Source: a virus. From it: 64,000 bases of DNA. Positions within the stretch are counted from its first letter, which is position 1. Each line of letters begins with the position of its first letter. The stretch lies in the IMG/VR virus record IMGVR_UViG_3300046454_000825, positions 1 to 64,000 of that record. The stretch is one strand, 5' to 3'. The notes below the pieces were generated by a model. It had not been told where the DNA came from and searched no databases. It was given only the letters and a program-made list of their open reading frames with translations. Below, piece after piece: positions 27,400 to 36,426 of this stretch. The translations under genes and the position numbers were made by a program.

Positions 27400-28808
27400 T
27401 CCTGAAATTCATCAATGGCAGTCACGTTCAGCAGAACATGTGGGGCGAGGCGCTGCATCACCTGCTCCACTTTCCGTTCGAGGCAATCAACCTCACTGCG
27501 ACCATCGACTTCGTCGCTTCGATCTCAGGAGGGCATACCGACCTAGCGTCTACCAATTGGACCTACGACAGCCCCATCTCGTCCACGAAAGTACGTAAAG
27601 ACGCTCCTTCATTCAGCGGTCTGCAAAGTGCGCTGGTTGCCGAGGCCGCGAAGTGGGGCTTGGAATTCTCGGCGGAGCGTTTCTACATGGAGACCGCTGT
27701 GCATGAGACAGCTCACGCTCTGTACGCAGCACTGCCCCACGCGAGGCGGGTGGCGATCGCGCAGATGTTCGGGGCGAAAAGTGACTCACTGAGTGAAATA
27801 CAGCCGAACGTCGCCTGGCAGGATCGGATCATCGAGGGGATCGCGGAGACCTTCAAGGAGGCGTTCCTGCCGCGACGCTTCAGGGTATTCCCGAACAGGA
27901 CCAACAAGCGGATCTCCTACTCCATGTTCCCCGAATTCAGGGCACTGTGGCGGGCGGCAGCACCGGAAGTGGGGATCGAAGAAGTGGGCACTGTTGAAGA
28001 ACAGATGCACAAACTCGAAGAACGTGACTCCCTGCAGGTAGGACCGAAACTCAAAAATAACACCGAAGAACCGCCGACCGAAGCTGAACTCGACACGCTG
28101 TGGGCGGAATGGAAGCCGGCCGAAGACAGAGGTTGGCACATGGCCGTCGTCTCTGACCCAAACGTCGCCTATCGAACGGTGCCCAATAACAGTGGAAGCC
28201 CGCATCGCTTGCCGAAGGAAGTCGGGGCCATTTGGCAAGGCGAGTTACTCGGAGGCGGGAAAGATGGAATGGGAGTGGTGATTTTCGAGCGATCTTTTAA
28301 CTCTCACTTCGAAGCCACGATCACTGAAGATGGTGAAGTCCAGGTCTTTCTATCCGACCAGACCCTGAAAAGTGGCTACAAGCTATCGGCAAGGCGAACG
28401 AAAAGAACCGGCGAAATATACACCTACAGATTGCGCCTAGAGAGATGGGACGGGGGTGTTCCCGAAGTTCTCCATGAAGGGACGGTCGATGAGAGCGCCT
28501 CCGGTATCGGCGACCTTGGCCTTAGCGCCAAAGACGGTGTTGTTACTGCCTGGGCTGGAGTGCCGGTGGTCCCAATCTTCTCGGTGAACGACAGCAAATA
28601 CAACGAAGGCTACGCCGGCATCGGCCTCCTCCGCGACGATCTCTTCACCGGACTCTCCGAGCCTGGGCTCACGAACTTCCGAGCCGGCACGATTCTCTCT
28701 AACCAGCCAGGCCCACCGGTCGAGGTTCCTCCGCCCAATATCACACCTGCCGGATCGCTGGGTGGCTCCCTACCGCACAAACGTCCAATCGTAGGAAATA
28801 CCCAGTAA
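27396..28808 (+). CDS. Zincin-like metallopeptidase domain plus C-terminal beta-sandwich (lectin-like) protein
   Basis: Start MILKFING at ATG 27396 (ATGA overlap); VHETAH and downstream EGIAETF motifs. Confidence 0.6.
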   Translation: MILKFINGSHVQQNMWGEALHHLLHFPFEAINLTATIDFVASISGGHTDLASTNWTYDSPISSTKVRKDAPSFSGLQSALVAEAAKWGLEFSAERFYMETAVHETAHALYAALPHARRVAIAQMFGAKSDSLSEIQPNVAWQDRIIEGIAETFKEAFLPRRFRVFPNRTNKRISYSMFPEFRALWRAAAPEVGIEEVGTVEEQMHKLEERDSLQVGPKLKNNTEEPPTEAELDTLWAEWKPAEDRGWHMAVVSDPNVAYRTVPNNSGSPHRLPKEVGAIWQGELLGGGKDGMGVVIFERSFNSHFEATITEDGEVQVFLSDQTLKSGYKLSARRTKRTGEIYTYRLRLERWDGGVPEVLHEGTVDESASGIGDLGLSAKDGVVTAWAGVPVVPIFSVNDSKYNEGYAGIGLLRDDLFTGLSEPGLTNFRAGTILSNQPGPPVEVPPPNITPAGSLGGSLPHKRPIVGNTQ

Positions 28809-28829
28809 CGGGGTAGAGATATGTGTTAG

Positions 28830-28905
28830 GTTGCGCTCGCCGCCTGAGTCAAGGCGGCTTTTTTGTGCTCACGAACGGAGCGCAACACCCGGACCCGCAA
28901 GGGTC
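28830..28905 (+). promoter_or_regulatory. Structured leader of the lysin gene containing a terminator-like hairpin
   Basis: GTTGCGCTC/GAGCGCAAC stem enclosing GCCGCCT/AGGCGGC+T6; GACCC-GCAA-GGGTC hairpin. Confidence 0.5.
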
Positions 28906-28929
28906 AAACCACGCAAAGGGGGACACCCA

Positions 28930-29529
28930 ATGCGACGCGGAGCACTGCTCCTATTCACCACCGCTGCGCTGTTTACAGCGGTCGCACCGGCCGGATCTGT
29001 CGTTGTCCAGCCGGGCTCCATAGATGCATGTCCACTGAAGTTCACCGGTGGGCAGTTCGTGCAGGTGGCGAAGCAAGCATGGAACGAGCGAAAGTGGAAG
29101 GACCACACTCCGGTGGGTCCAGGGCTCCGACAAAAAAGCCGCACAATGCGATATTGCGCTGTGAGCAGGCACGCTGCGCGTCGGATGGCCGAGATCTGGT
29201 CTTCCCACAAGCGGCAGTTCAAGCTCTGGCAGCGCTACCGTCGCATCGCGCCGGAAGAAGGATTCGTCGGCGAGGGGAAATGGCTGCGGTGGTTACCGAT
29301 CCCGCGCTATATCGTCGAATGCGAGACAGAAGGTTACGGGAACGTCCCGGGGTCGAAGGGTCCGCGCATGTCGGCCGTAAACGCCTCTTCTGGGGCCGAG
29401 GGCGCGGCGCAGTTGCTCGGCTGGAACAATCCGTGGCCGGTCGTGACGGCAAGCGATTACGTCGCTTACTGGGAAGAAGCCGCCTACGTGATGGCGGTGC
29501 AGGGGTCTTCAGCCTGGGCATGTGCCTGA
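28930..29529 (+). CDS. Secreted Rpf/lytic transglycosylase-like endolysin
   Basis: Signal peptide MRRGALLLFTTAALFTAVAPA; IVECE..N.SSGAEGAAQ..W.C lysozyme-like motifs. Confidence 0.7.
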   Translation: MRRGALLLFTTAALFTAVAPAGSVVVQPGSIDACPLKFTGGQFVQVAKQAWNERKWKDHTPVGPGLRQKSRTMRYCAVSRHAARRMAEIWSSHKRQFKLWQRYRRIAPEEGFVGEGKWLRWLPIPRYIVECETEGYGNVPGSKGPRMSAVNASSGAEGAAQLLGWNNPWPVVTASDYVAYWEEAAYVMAVQGSSAWACA

Positions 29530-29581
29530 TAGGCTGACCTCCTCTGCGGTCCGGCTGGTGGGCCAACGGGGTGGATTCAGC

Positions 29582-29614
29582 GCAAAAAGGGGGGCCGCAA
29601 GGCCCCCCTTTTGC
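29582..29614. terminator. Bidirectional intrinsic terminator
   Basis: AAAAAGGGGGGCC-GCAA-GGCCCCCCTTTT between convergent genes. Confidence 0.85.
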
Positions 29615-29634
29615 AGCTCTGAGGTCTCCGCCGA

Positions 29635-29919
29635 CTACTCGGTCGAAGCCTCTCCGCCGTCGCCGCCGGCCGGACTCTCCGGCGCGGGCTCTGCGGGCGT
29701 CTCCGGCTCGGCCGGCGCTGCCGGCTCTCCGGGGGCGGGCTCGGCCGGGGTCTCCGGCTCCGCCGGGGTCGGCTCGCTGGGAGCCTCTCCCCCCTCGGGC
29801 TCGGCCGGACTCTCCGGCGCGGGCTCCGCGGGCGACTGGTCGGGAGCGTCGGGGGTCTCGGGAGCCGGGGTCTCCGGGCTCTCCGTGGGCTCCGGGGCCG
29901 GTGTGTCGCTGGCCTCCAT
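29635..29919 (-). CDS. 94-aa acidic Pro/Glu/Ala-rich disordered protein
   Basis: AAGGAG RBS 6 nt before ATG 29919; ends at the bidirectional terminator. Confidence 0.65.
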   Translation of the reverse strand: MEASDTPAPEPTESPETPAPETPDAPDQSPAEPAPESPAEPEGGEAPSEPTPAEPETPAEPAPGEPAAPAEPETPAEPAPESPAGGDGGEASTE

Positions 29920-30029
29920 ATTGCGCTCCTTCGGTCGAATTAACGTTGCCGGGCGACCATATCGACTTGTGCGGCGTCCTGCGATCGCGATAGGTTGCTC
30001 CCCCCACAAACAGGAGGAATTTACGGCGA

Positions 30030-31112
30030 ATGACACGGCAACGGCAGCAGCGACGTGAGGGTAGGGAGGGCAACCGGTGGGTGAATAAACCGCCGACGGC
30101 CGAGGAGTTGGTCTCCTGGTTCAAAGAGAATGTCGAGGTCGACGAGAAGCTAGAGGCCTCCGACTACGTGGGTGGCGTCACCTTGATCGCGAGCAAGGAG
30201 AAGTCGGCCGAAGTGATGGGCTGGGACGAGAGCAATTCACCCCAGATCGAGGACGTGTGGGACCTCGTCTACACCCCCTATATCAAGGTCGAGACCCGGA
30301 TCAAATACTTCCACGACCTGATGGAGGCCAACGAGGGCTGGCTCGGCATCATCGAGCCCGCGGCCCCGAAAGAGCAGGACGATCGCCTCCCTGCCGGCTT
30401 CTTCATCATGTCGACCAAGACCGGCGAGGCCACCGAGGTGCGCTTCATCTGCAAGTCGATGAAGGTCAGCGTCTACCGGAAGGACACCGTCAAGGAGGAG
30501 TGGGTCCTTGTCGATCGAGGTCTAGAGGAGGCGCGGCGCTGGGAGAAACAGCGCACCGGCGTGATCGTCATGGACCCGCCGGCGGCGACCAAGAACGTGC
30601 CAATGCTCAACAGCTACGGCAACGTCGACACCAACGCGCTGATGAAAGCCGAGACCGGTGCCGTCGGCCGCGCGCTGGGGATGGCCGGCATGCTCGTGAT
30701 CCCAGGGACCGGGCTGGCCACGGCCGAGGACATGCAGGAGGCCGCGGCGATCCGCGAGGACGGCGGCGATCCCTCTTCGGCGATCCTGCCCGACGAGAGG
30801 TTGCCCGGTGCCGAGAGCGAGCCCGCTTCGCTGCAGGCCGACGAGATCCTTCGCAAAGAGGTGGTCGAGTCGCTCAAGCGGATGGACATTCACCCGCCGA
30901 CGCGGGAGGAGTTCAACGAGTGGGCCAAAGGTCGCAGCTTCACCAAACTGAGCGAGGTGACGTCGCCGGCGCTGCGCGGCATGGCCAAACGGGCAGAGAC
31001 GCTGGCCGACCAGGCGGAGGTTCGAGCGGCCGAAACGAAGGCCCAGGCCGCTCCGGAGGAGCCGACCGCGGAGATGGAGGTCCCGGAGCCAGCGCCGGAG
31101 CCGGAGAAGTAG
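30030..31112 (+). CDS. Rad52/Sak-like single-strand annealing protein
   Basis: YIKVETRI and ALMKAETGAVGRALG motifs; next to an exonuclease. Confidence 0.65.
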   Translation: MTRQRQQRREGREGNRWVNKPPTAEELVSWFKENVEVDEKLEASDYVGGVTLIASKEKSAEVMGWDESNSPQIEDVWDLVYTPYIKVETRIKYFHDLMEANEGWLGIIEPAAPKEQDDRLPAGFFIMSTKTGEATEVRFICKSMKVSVYRKDTVKEEWVLVDRGLEEARRWEKQRTGVIVMDPPAATKNVPMLNSYGNVDTNALMKAETGAVGRALGMAGMLVIPGTGLATAEDMQEAAAIREDGGDPSSAILPDERLPGAESEPASLQADEILRKEVVESLKRMDIHPPTREEFNEWAKGRSFTKLSEVTSPALRGMAKRAETLADQAEVRAAETKAQAAPEEPTAEMEVPEPAPEPEK

Positions 31113-31197
31113 TGCGGCCCGGCCCGGGGCAGGGGAGCCGGGACCGGGCCGCGAGTCGATCGACCGGGCGGAAACCTAACAGTAATCGTGAGGCAAA

Positions 31198-32349
31198 ATG
31201 AAGCTCCCAGGCAATGCTGTAGGAATTAGCGACGTTATTCAGTTCCGGGACTGTCCACAGCGCTTCGAGTTCGACATGCGCAGGTGGACCGAGGAGGGTG
31301 AAGCGCCGGAGGCGACCAACCCCAACAACGTCTACGGATCTGCGATTCACCACGCGATCGCCGCCAGCGAGGAAGGCATGAGCGATGGCGAAGCGGTGCA
31401 GTCTGCGATGGACAAGTACGGGAGCTGGCTCGACCCCGAAGACCTGGAGCTCCTGATCGACGATCTCGCGACCTACCACCTCCGCGACTACGCCGGCGTC
31501 AAGACCGTGGCCTCCGAGGAAAACATCAAGGTGCCGCTCTTCGAGTGGGAAGGCGAGACGATCTACTACCGCTTCACGCTCGACCGGCTCTACGTCCGGC
31601 TCGACAACCCGACCTCTTTCGTGCACATCGACTACAAGTCGTCCAAGCACAAGAAGAGCGAGGCGGAGGTCCACAAAGACGTTCAGCTCTGGACCTACAA
31701 CTTCGCGATCTTCGAACAGTGGCCAGAGGCGGAGTCGCTGTTGCAGATCTACGATCAGCTCCGCTTCGGCAGCGTGCCCACCCGAAAGAATGCCGCACAA
31801 CGCGCGCAAATTCGGAAGTGGCTGGTCGAACAGATCACCACCATCCTCCGGCGAGACGAGATCAAGCCGCGGTTCAACCAGTGGTGCCCATGGTGTCCGC
31901 TCCTAGAGTCGTGTCCCGAGCCGAGGAAGACTGCGGAGTTTGCGCGTGCCAGGATCGAGGCGCTCGCCCCAGGAGGCGTCGACACCGCTAGTCTCCTCGC
32001 CGAACCGGGACTAATCGACACCTACGCCGAAGAGCTGGAGGAGGTCGAGACGACCCGGAAGTGTTTGGATCGCTTCGAGAAATCTGTGAAAGGTGTCATA
32101 CGTGAGTTGCCATCAGAGAAACGACGCGAGTTGGGGTTCGAACTTTCGCCGAGCTCGCGAGATGTGTGGACTCCACAGGCACTCCGCGCAGTGCACGAAG
32201 CGATCGGCGACGACTTCTATCTACTTATCAAGATGACCAAGACAAAGATCAACGAGTTCTACGCAAAAGACGCCGTGGCGGTGTCGCGAGTGCTCGACTT
32301 GGCAGAAAAAGAGGCAGCATCGCAGCGACTTAACCGCATTCGAAACTGA
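31198..32349 (+). CDS. PD-(D/E)XK (RecB/AddB/Cas4-like) exonuclease
   Basis: G.AIH, LDRL..IDYKS, QL.TY, CPWCP...C motifs. Confidence 0.85.
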   Translation: MKLPGNAVGISDVIQFRDCPQRFEFDMRRWTEEGEAPEATNPNNVYGSAIHHAIAASEEGMSDGEAVQSAMDKYGSWLDPEDLELLIDDLATYHLRDYAGVKTVASEENIKVPLFEWEGETIYYRFTLDRLYVRLDNPTSFVHIDYKSSKHKKSEAEVHKDVQLWTYNFAIFEQWPEAESLLQIYDQLRFGSVPTRKNAAQRAQIRKWLVEQITTILRRDEIKPRFNQWCPWCPLLESCPEPRKTAEFARARIEALAPGGVDTASLLAEPGLIDTYAEELEEVETTRKCLDRFEKSVKGVIRELPSEKRRELGFELSPSSRDVWTPQALRAVHEAIGDDFYLLIKMTKTKINEFYAKDAVAVSRVLDLAEKEAASQRLNRIRN

Positions 32350-32470
32350 CATAGCGAAGGCCCCCCGACTCCTTTGGCTAGTAGCTGGGGGACCTTCACA
32401 GGACGCTAAGGGCTTGTGCTGCGTCTCCCGTCACATGAAGCACATCGGGTGACCAGACAGACCTAGCGTC

Positions 32471-33391
32471 GTGAAGCATAGCGAGACGATCGGACAAATG
32501 CAACACGACCAGAGTGACGATCCGCCGGCGGAGGTTGTAACCGGCTACATCAAAAGCGAGATTTACGCCGCGGACGGCGCAATTCTGGGCACCCTGGCCG
32601 GATTTATCGAGCTCGGCGGGGCTTTCGGAGCGGGGGGAACCTCTAAGGAGGGGGGTGAGGAGATCTCGGGATTTAACAACAAACCACCTTCAACTCCAGA
32701 CGTAAGTTTTGAAGAGGGGTCTGGGGAGGGACTTTTGGTTGAGGACATCGAAGGCATGTCGATGGAAGAGATCGCCACCCGCTTGAGGCAGCGCGGGATA
32801 ACCCCGGCCTCCTCAGCCAGCAAGGACGACTTGATCGACCAGTTGGCTGTCGCCCTGCGTGCTGGTCGTTCGAAGGTCGGGGCGCAGGTGGATGCCGTGT
32901 GGTCGGCGTATGTGACCGCCATGAAGCCCAGGCGAACGGCAGCAGGTGAGGAGGAGAGGCGGATCATCCGGGCGGCGTTGAAGGTCGCGACGGTTGATGA
33001 CTGTGTCACCTGCATCAAGGCATGTGCTGCATCGGATTACCACATGAAACGCGGCGAGTACATAAAACGCAAGGGCGGGAAATATAACTCGCTCGGCAAG
33101 ATCCTCAAGCCGCGGCCCCGACTCGGTGAGACGCAACGCTCTCGCATCGACTGGTGGCTCGACAAGGAGATTTCTACCGGCGTTGCGGGATTTCCGTCCG
33201 CTGACCCTGCAATCGTGCGCCAGCATCAGCTAGAAGTACAGCGCGGTCACGGATCGGACGACACCGATGCCGTGAGGAAGGCAAAGGATGCCGAGGCTTG
33301 GCTTGCGAAACACGGAATCGAAACCACTAGACGCGAGAGCGACGGGTACCCGATCTTCAAACGGGTCGACGCTCACGGCGGGGGCCAATGA
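32471..33391 (+). CDS. Putative replication initiator / helicase loader with HeH/Rho-N-like motif
   Basis: Directly upstream of DnaB; MSMEEIATRLRQRGI..ASKDDLIDQL; C-terminal VWSAY..IRAALK..C..CI..Y.SL. Confidence 0.5.
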   Translation: MKHSETIGQMQHDQSDDPPAEVVTGYIKSEIYAADGAILGTLAGFIELGGAFGAGGTSKEGGEEISGFNNKPPSTPDVSFEEGSGEGLLVEDIEGMSMEEIATRLRQRGITPASSASKDDLIDQLAVALRAGRSKVGAQVDAVWSAYVTAMKPRRTAAGEEERRIIRAALKVATVDDCVTCIKACAASDYHMKRGEYIKRKGGKYNSLGKILKPRPRLGETQRSRIDWWLDKEISTGVAGFPSADPAIVRQHQLEVQRGHGSDDTDAVRKAKDAEAWLAKHGIETTRRESDGYPIFKRVDAHGGGQ

Positions 33392-34749
33392 AAGCTCCAC
33401 ATTCCCTGGATGCAGAGCGCAGCGTCCTTGCGACGATGCTCAGGCAGGGCGACAAAGTTGCGGCCGAAGTGATCGGAACGCTCTTGGAGGGAAAGCATTT
33501 CTACGCGCCCCCGCATCGTGTGATCTTCGAAGCGTTGCACGAGAACTACTACGCGGATATGCCGCTCGACTCGTTGACGATTGGCACGCGCTGCTCGAAA
33601 ACTCTCTCGAAGCTGTGGTCGACGTCCGAGGAGGTCGCGGTCGAACGGGTCAACGACCTGGCGGCGTCGCGGTTCCCCGGCAAGGTCATCGACCACGCCA
33701 AGCTGATCAAGGAGCACGCGGATCTGCGCGGCCTGCTCGGCCTCTGCAAGACGATCGAAGGGGAGATCGAGGCTCAGGAGCGCGGCGCGGAGGAGATCGC
33801 CGGCTTGGTCTCCCAGCAGGCGATGCGGATCGCCACGGACTCGCTGCTGACGGCCGAGATCATGGACTTCGGCCAGCTCGGCCGCAACTACTACGAGCAG
33901 GCGACGCTGGCCAAGAAAGCCACCGAAATGGGGATCGAGCTTGGCGTCAAGTTCGGGATGCCGTTCCTGGACAACTACACCCGAGGCCTGCGCGCGACCG
34001 AGTTGATGCTCGGAGCCGGCGAGCCCGGCGTCGGCAAGAGCGCCGTCTATTGGAAGGCGGCGCTGCGCTTCGCCCAGAAGCAGATGGTGAAGACCGAGGA
34101 CAAACGGATCGGCACGCTGGTGCTCAGCTTGGAGATGGGGGAAGAACCGACCAACGTCAGGCTCGCCCAGACGCTCACCCACATCGACGGCGGCAAGCTC
34201 CGCGAGGGCACGATGTCCGACGCCGAGATCAACAAGATCCTCCACGAGTGGGGCCGGCGCAAAGGCATCCCGCTCTACTTCAACTTCGCCTCCAGCGCCC
34301 GAGCCAGCCAGCTTCGAGCTCTCGTCGTCGAGGGCATTCGCCGCTACAACGTCGGCCTGGTGGTCATCGACCACTTCCGCCACTTCAACATGGATCGGCG
34401 CTACGACAACCAGATTATCGAAGACGAGGACAAGGTCAAATTCCTCAAGGAGGCGATCGCCAAGGATCTCAACACCGCGGTGATCTGCGTCTGCCACACG
34501 ACCAAGGGGATCGCCGAAGCCCGCAATCAGCGGCCAAATCTTACCCACCTTCGCGGCAGCTATCAGGTCGCAGCCGCGGCAGACTTCGTCAGTTTTATCC
34601 ACCAACCGTACATGTACGCAACCGACGAGGCTCGCGAGTCGGGAGAGGTGACTGAGTCCCAGATGGAGATGATCTGGGAGAAGAACAGGCATGGCTATAA
34701 AGGCATCGCGCAGTTCCATATGAACGCAGCGCGCATGGACATTAAATAG
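33388..34749 (+). CDS. dnaB: DnaB-like replicative helicase
   Basis: [12 protein letters not shown]-terminus; Walker A GEPGVGKS; SLEM; VVIDH; P.L.HLRGS..AD; KNRHG. Confidence 0.95.
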   Translation: MKAPHSLDAERSVLATMLRQGDKVAAEVIGTLLEGKHFYAPPHRVIFEALHENYYADMPLDSLTIGTRCSKTLSKLWSTSEEVAVERVNDLAASRFPGKVIDHAKLIKEHADLRGLLGLCKTIEGEIEAQERGAEEIAGLVSQQAMRIATDSLLTAEIMDFGQLGRNYYEQATLAKKATEMGIELGVKFGMPFLDNYTRGLRATELMLGAGEPGVGKSAVYWKAALRFAQKQMVKTEDKRIGTLVLSLEMGEEPTNVRLAQTLTHIDGGKLREGTMSDAEINKILHEWGRRKGIPLYFNFASSARASQLRALVVEGIRRYNVGLVVIDHFRHFNMDRRYDNQIIEDEDKVKFLKEAIAKDLNTAVICVCHTTKGIAEARNQRPNLTHLRGSYQVAAAADFVSFIHQPYMYATDEARESGEVTESQMEMIWEKNRHGYKGIAQFHMNAARMDIK

Positions 34750-34759
34750 GAGGCTCACA

Positions 34760-35536
34760 GTGTCGGATGACGTAGAGTTCGGAGGTACCGAGGACGTATT
34801 CGCAGACATCGAGACCGATCCATTGGCCGATGCTGATGAGCAGCTTCCCGAGGTCGGGGAGGCGGAGCTGGGTGGTGACAATCCCAGCGAGGAGATCCCG
34901 GAGGGTGACTTCCTGACCGAACCGGAAGAGCCCGACGACCAACTGCCCGAGCCCGTGCTCGAAGATCCCCCTGCGCCCGAGCCGGAGCCTGAGCCGGAGC
35001 CTGCTCCAGAGCCAACTCCGGAGCCCGAGCCGACACCTGAGCTGGAGCCGACACCTGAGCCGGAGCCGACACCCGAGCTGGAGCCGACACCCGAGCCGGA
35101 GCCCGCACCGGAACCCACTCCTGCGCCTGAGCCGGAGCCGGAGCCGGTCCCAGATCCGGAGCCCACTCCCGAGCCGGAAGTACCAAAACCCGAGCCCGAG
35201 CCGATCGCGGCGAAGGCTGAGCCCGAGGAGAAGCCGCCGGCGAAACCCAAAAAACCGAAAGCCAAAGCGAAAAAACCCAAGGCCAAAGGTAAGAAGGACG
35301 GCCGCGCGGCGACGCGCCCCTACATCGTCATGTACGAAGACGAGAAGGGGTGGCACGAGGGTGCGGAGGTGGTCGCGCGCAGTGTCGAAAGGGCGCTCAA
35401 GGACGCCTTCCCGATCATGAAAGAGAAGACCGGGCTGACGGAGTTCGCGAACGCGACGGCGGTCCCGGCCAGCAACTGGAACCCAGAGCCGTTGAGCTCG
35501 GAGACGGAAGTCCGAGACAAGGTCAAGATTGGCTGA
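34760..35536 (+). CDS. Acidic-(PE)n-(KPK) linker protein with a small C-terminal domain
   Basis: GGAGG RBS, GTG start; composition. Confidence 0.7.
   Translation: MSDDVEFGGTEDVFADIETDPLADADEQLPEVGEAELGGDNPSEEIPEGDFLTEPEEPDDQLPEPVLEDPPAPEPEPEPEPAPEPTPEPEPTPELEPTPEPEPTPELEPTPEPEPAPEPTPAPEPEPEPVPDPEPTPEPEVPKPEPEPIAAKAEPEEKPPAKPKKPKAKAKKPKAKGKKDGRAATRPYIVMYEDEKGWHEGAEVVARSVERALKDAFPIMKEKTGLTEFANATAVPASNWNPEPLSSETEVRDKVKIG
34968..35203 (+). repeat. Degenerate 6/18-nt tandem repeat encoding (PE/PT)n
   Basis: CCGACACC(T/C)GAGC(T/C)GGAG units. Confidence 0.85.
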
Positions 35537-35693
35537 TCTCGGCAAATGCGAGTGGTGCTCGCTTCCGGCGAAGCTGGAGGTCCCGATCATGAAACGGATC
35601 AAGGGCACCAAGGGCATGGCCAATTCGGGCACGAAGATGCGGTGTTGCTACGGCCACGAGGATGTCGCGAAAAGGATGGCAAGACATGAGTGA
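35529..35693 (+). CDS. 54-aa CxxC..CxxH zinc-finger protein (not in the ORF track)
   Basis: TTG start; CEWC...CCYGH; overlaps both neighbours. Confidence 0.5.
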   Translation: MADLGKCEWCSLPAKLEVPIMKRIKGTKGMANSGTKMRCCYGHEDVAKRMARHE

Positions 35694-36099
35694 CAGTGTC
35701 AAGAGAAAGCTGACGGTGACGGCCCAGAAGGAGCTTGCCACCTTCAAAAACGACAAGGACGAACCCACCACAATCTACGAGGTGAAAGCCGTCACCGAGG
35801 CCGGTGAGGCTGTCTCAGTCAAGCTGCGTACCTTCCAGTCAGAACTTCCCCAGGGAGAGCTGATCGAGTACGACGTCACCCCCTACGATCACCCGGAGCA
35901 TGGTCGCTCCTACACGATCAAGATCCCCGGTAAAGGTAGAGCCTCCAAGAAAGACATCGCCGAGCTGAAGACACAGCTCAGTGACATTGCTGGCCGGGTC
36001 TCGGCCTTGGAGGACGCGGTCGCCGCGCTCAAACCGAAGACCGAGGCCGAGAAGGCAAGGGACGAGAAATTCGGAGCCGACGACGACGTGCCGTTCTAG
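35686..36099 (+). CDS. Single-stranded DNA-binding protein-like
   Basis: OB-like beta N-terminus; acidic tail DDDVPF. Confidence 0.6.
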   Translation: MSDSVKRKLTVTAQKELATFKNDKDEPTTIYEVKAVTEAGEAVSVKLRTFQSELPQGELIEYDVTPYDHPEHGRSYTIKIPGKGRASKKDIAELKTQLSDIAGRVSALEDAVAALKPKTEAEKARDEKFGADDDVPF

Positions 36100-36105
36100 G
36101 AGACC

Positions 36106-36426
36106 ATGGAAGCCAGAGCAAGAACCAGCGATCCGGATACATCCCACGCCGCAGCGAAGAGTGTCAAAAAGCTGACGCTCGTTCAGACGCGGGTGTTGGC
36201 GCTATTCAGGCGGTGCGGCTCGATGACCGACACCAGGCTGATCGAGACATGGAATAAGGAACGCTCTCGGTTCCCCGACAGCTACCCCCAGATGTCGGAG
36301 TCAGGCCTGCGTACTCGCCGGCGCGAACTCGTCGACCTTGGTGACCTTAAGGACTCAGGGCTCAGGCAGGAGCTGCTGTCGGGGCGTAAGTCGATCCTCT
36401 GGTGCAGGCGTGTCGATCGCTGGTGA
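36106..36426 (+). CDS. Winged-HTH DNA-binding protein
   Basis: ARTSDPDTSHAAA..RTRRRELV.G..DSG, a common phage wHTH family. Confidence 0.7.
   Translation: MEARARTSDPDTSHAAAKSVKKLTLVQTRVLALFRRCGSMTDTRLIETWNKERSRFPDSYPQMSESGLRTRRRELVDLGDLKDSGLRQELLSGRKSILWCRRVDRW

Noticed and set aside
28880-28930. c-di-AMP (ydaO) or c-di-GMP-I riboswitch before the Rpf-like gene
   Set aside because: Only a partial GGGTCAAACC..GGGAC resemblance; the remaining conserved elements are missing
10893-29998. TAGGTTGC recurring at about 10893, 28827 and 29991 in intergenic DNA
   Set aside because: Fits a generic TAnnnT -10; three copies without shared flanks is too weak to call a dedicated motif
29522-30058. Plus-strand Gly/Ser/Ala-rich ORF
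   Set aside because: Runs through a strong terminator; the minus-strand reading has the RBS
31198-32349. Cas4 / CRISPR system
   Set aside because: No repeat-spacer array or other cas genes seen; its position beside an SSAP fits a recombination exonuclease
33373-35286. 637-aa minus-strand Gly/Ser-rich ORF
   Set aside because: Reverse complement of dnaB and the (PE)n repeat
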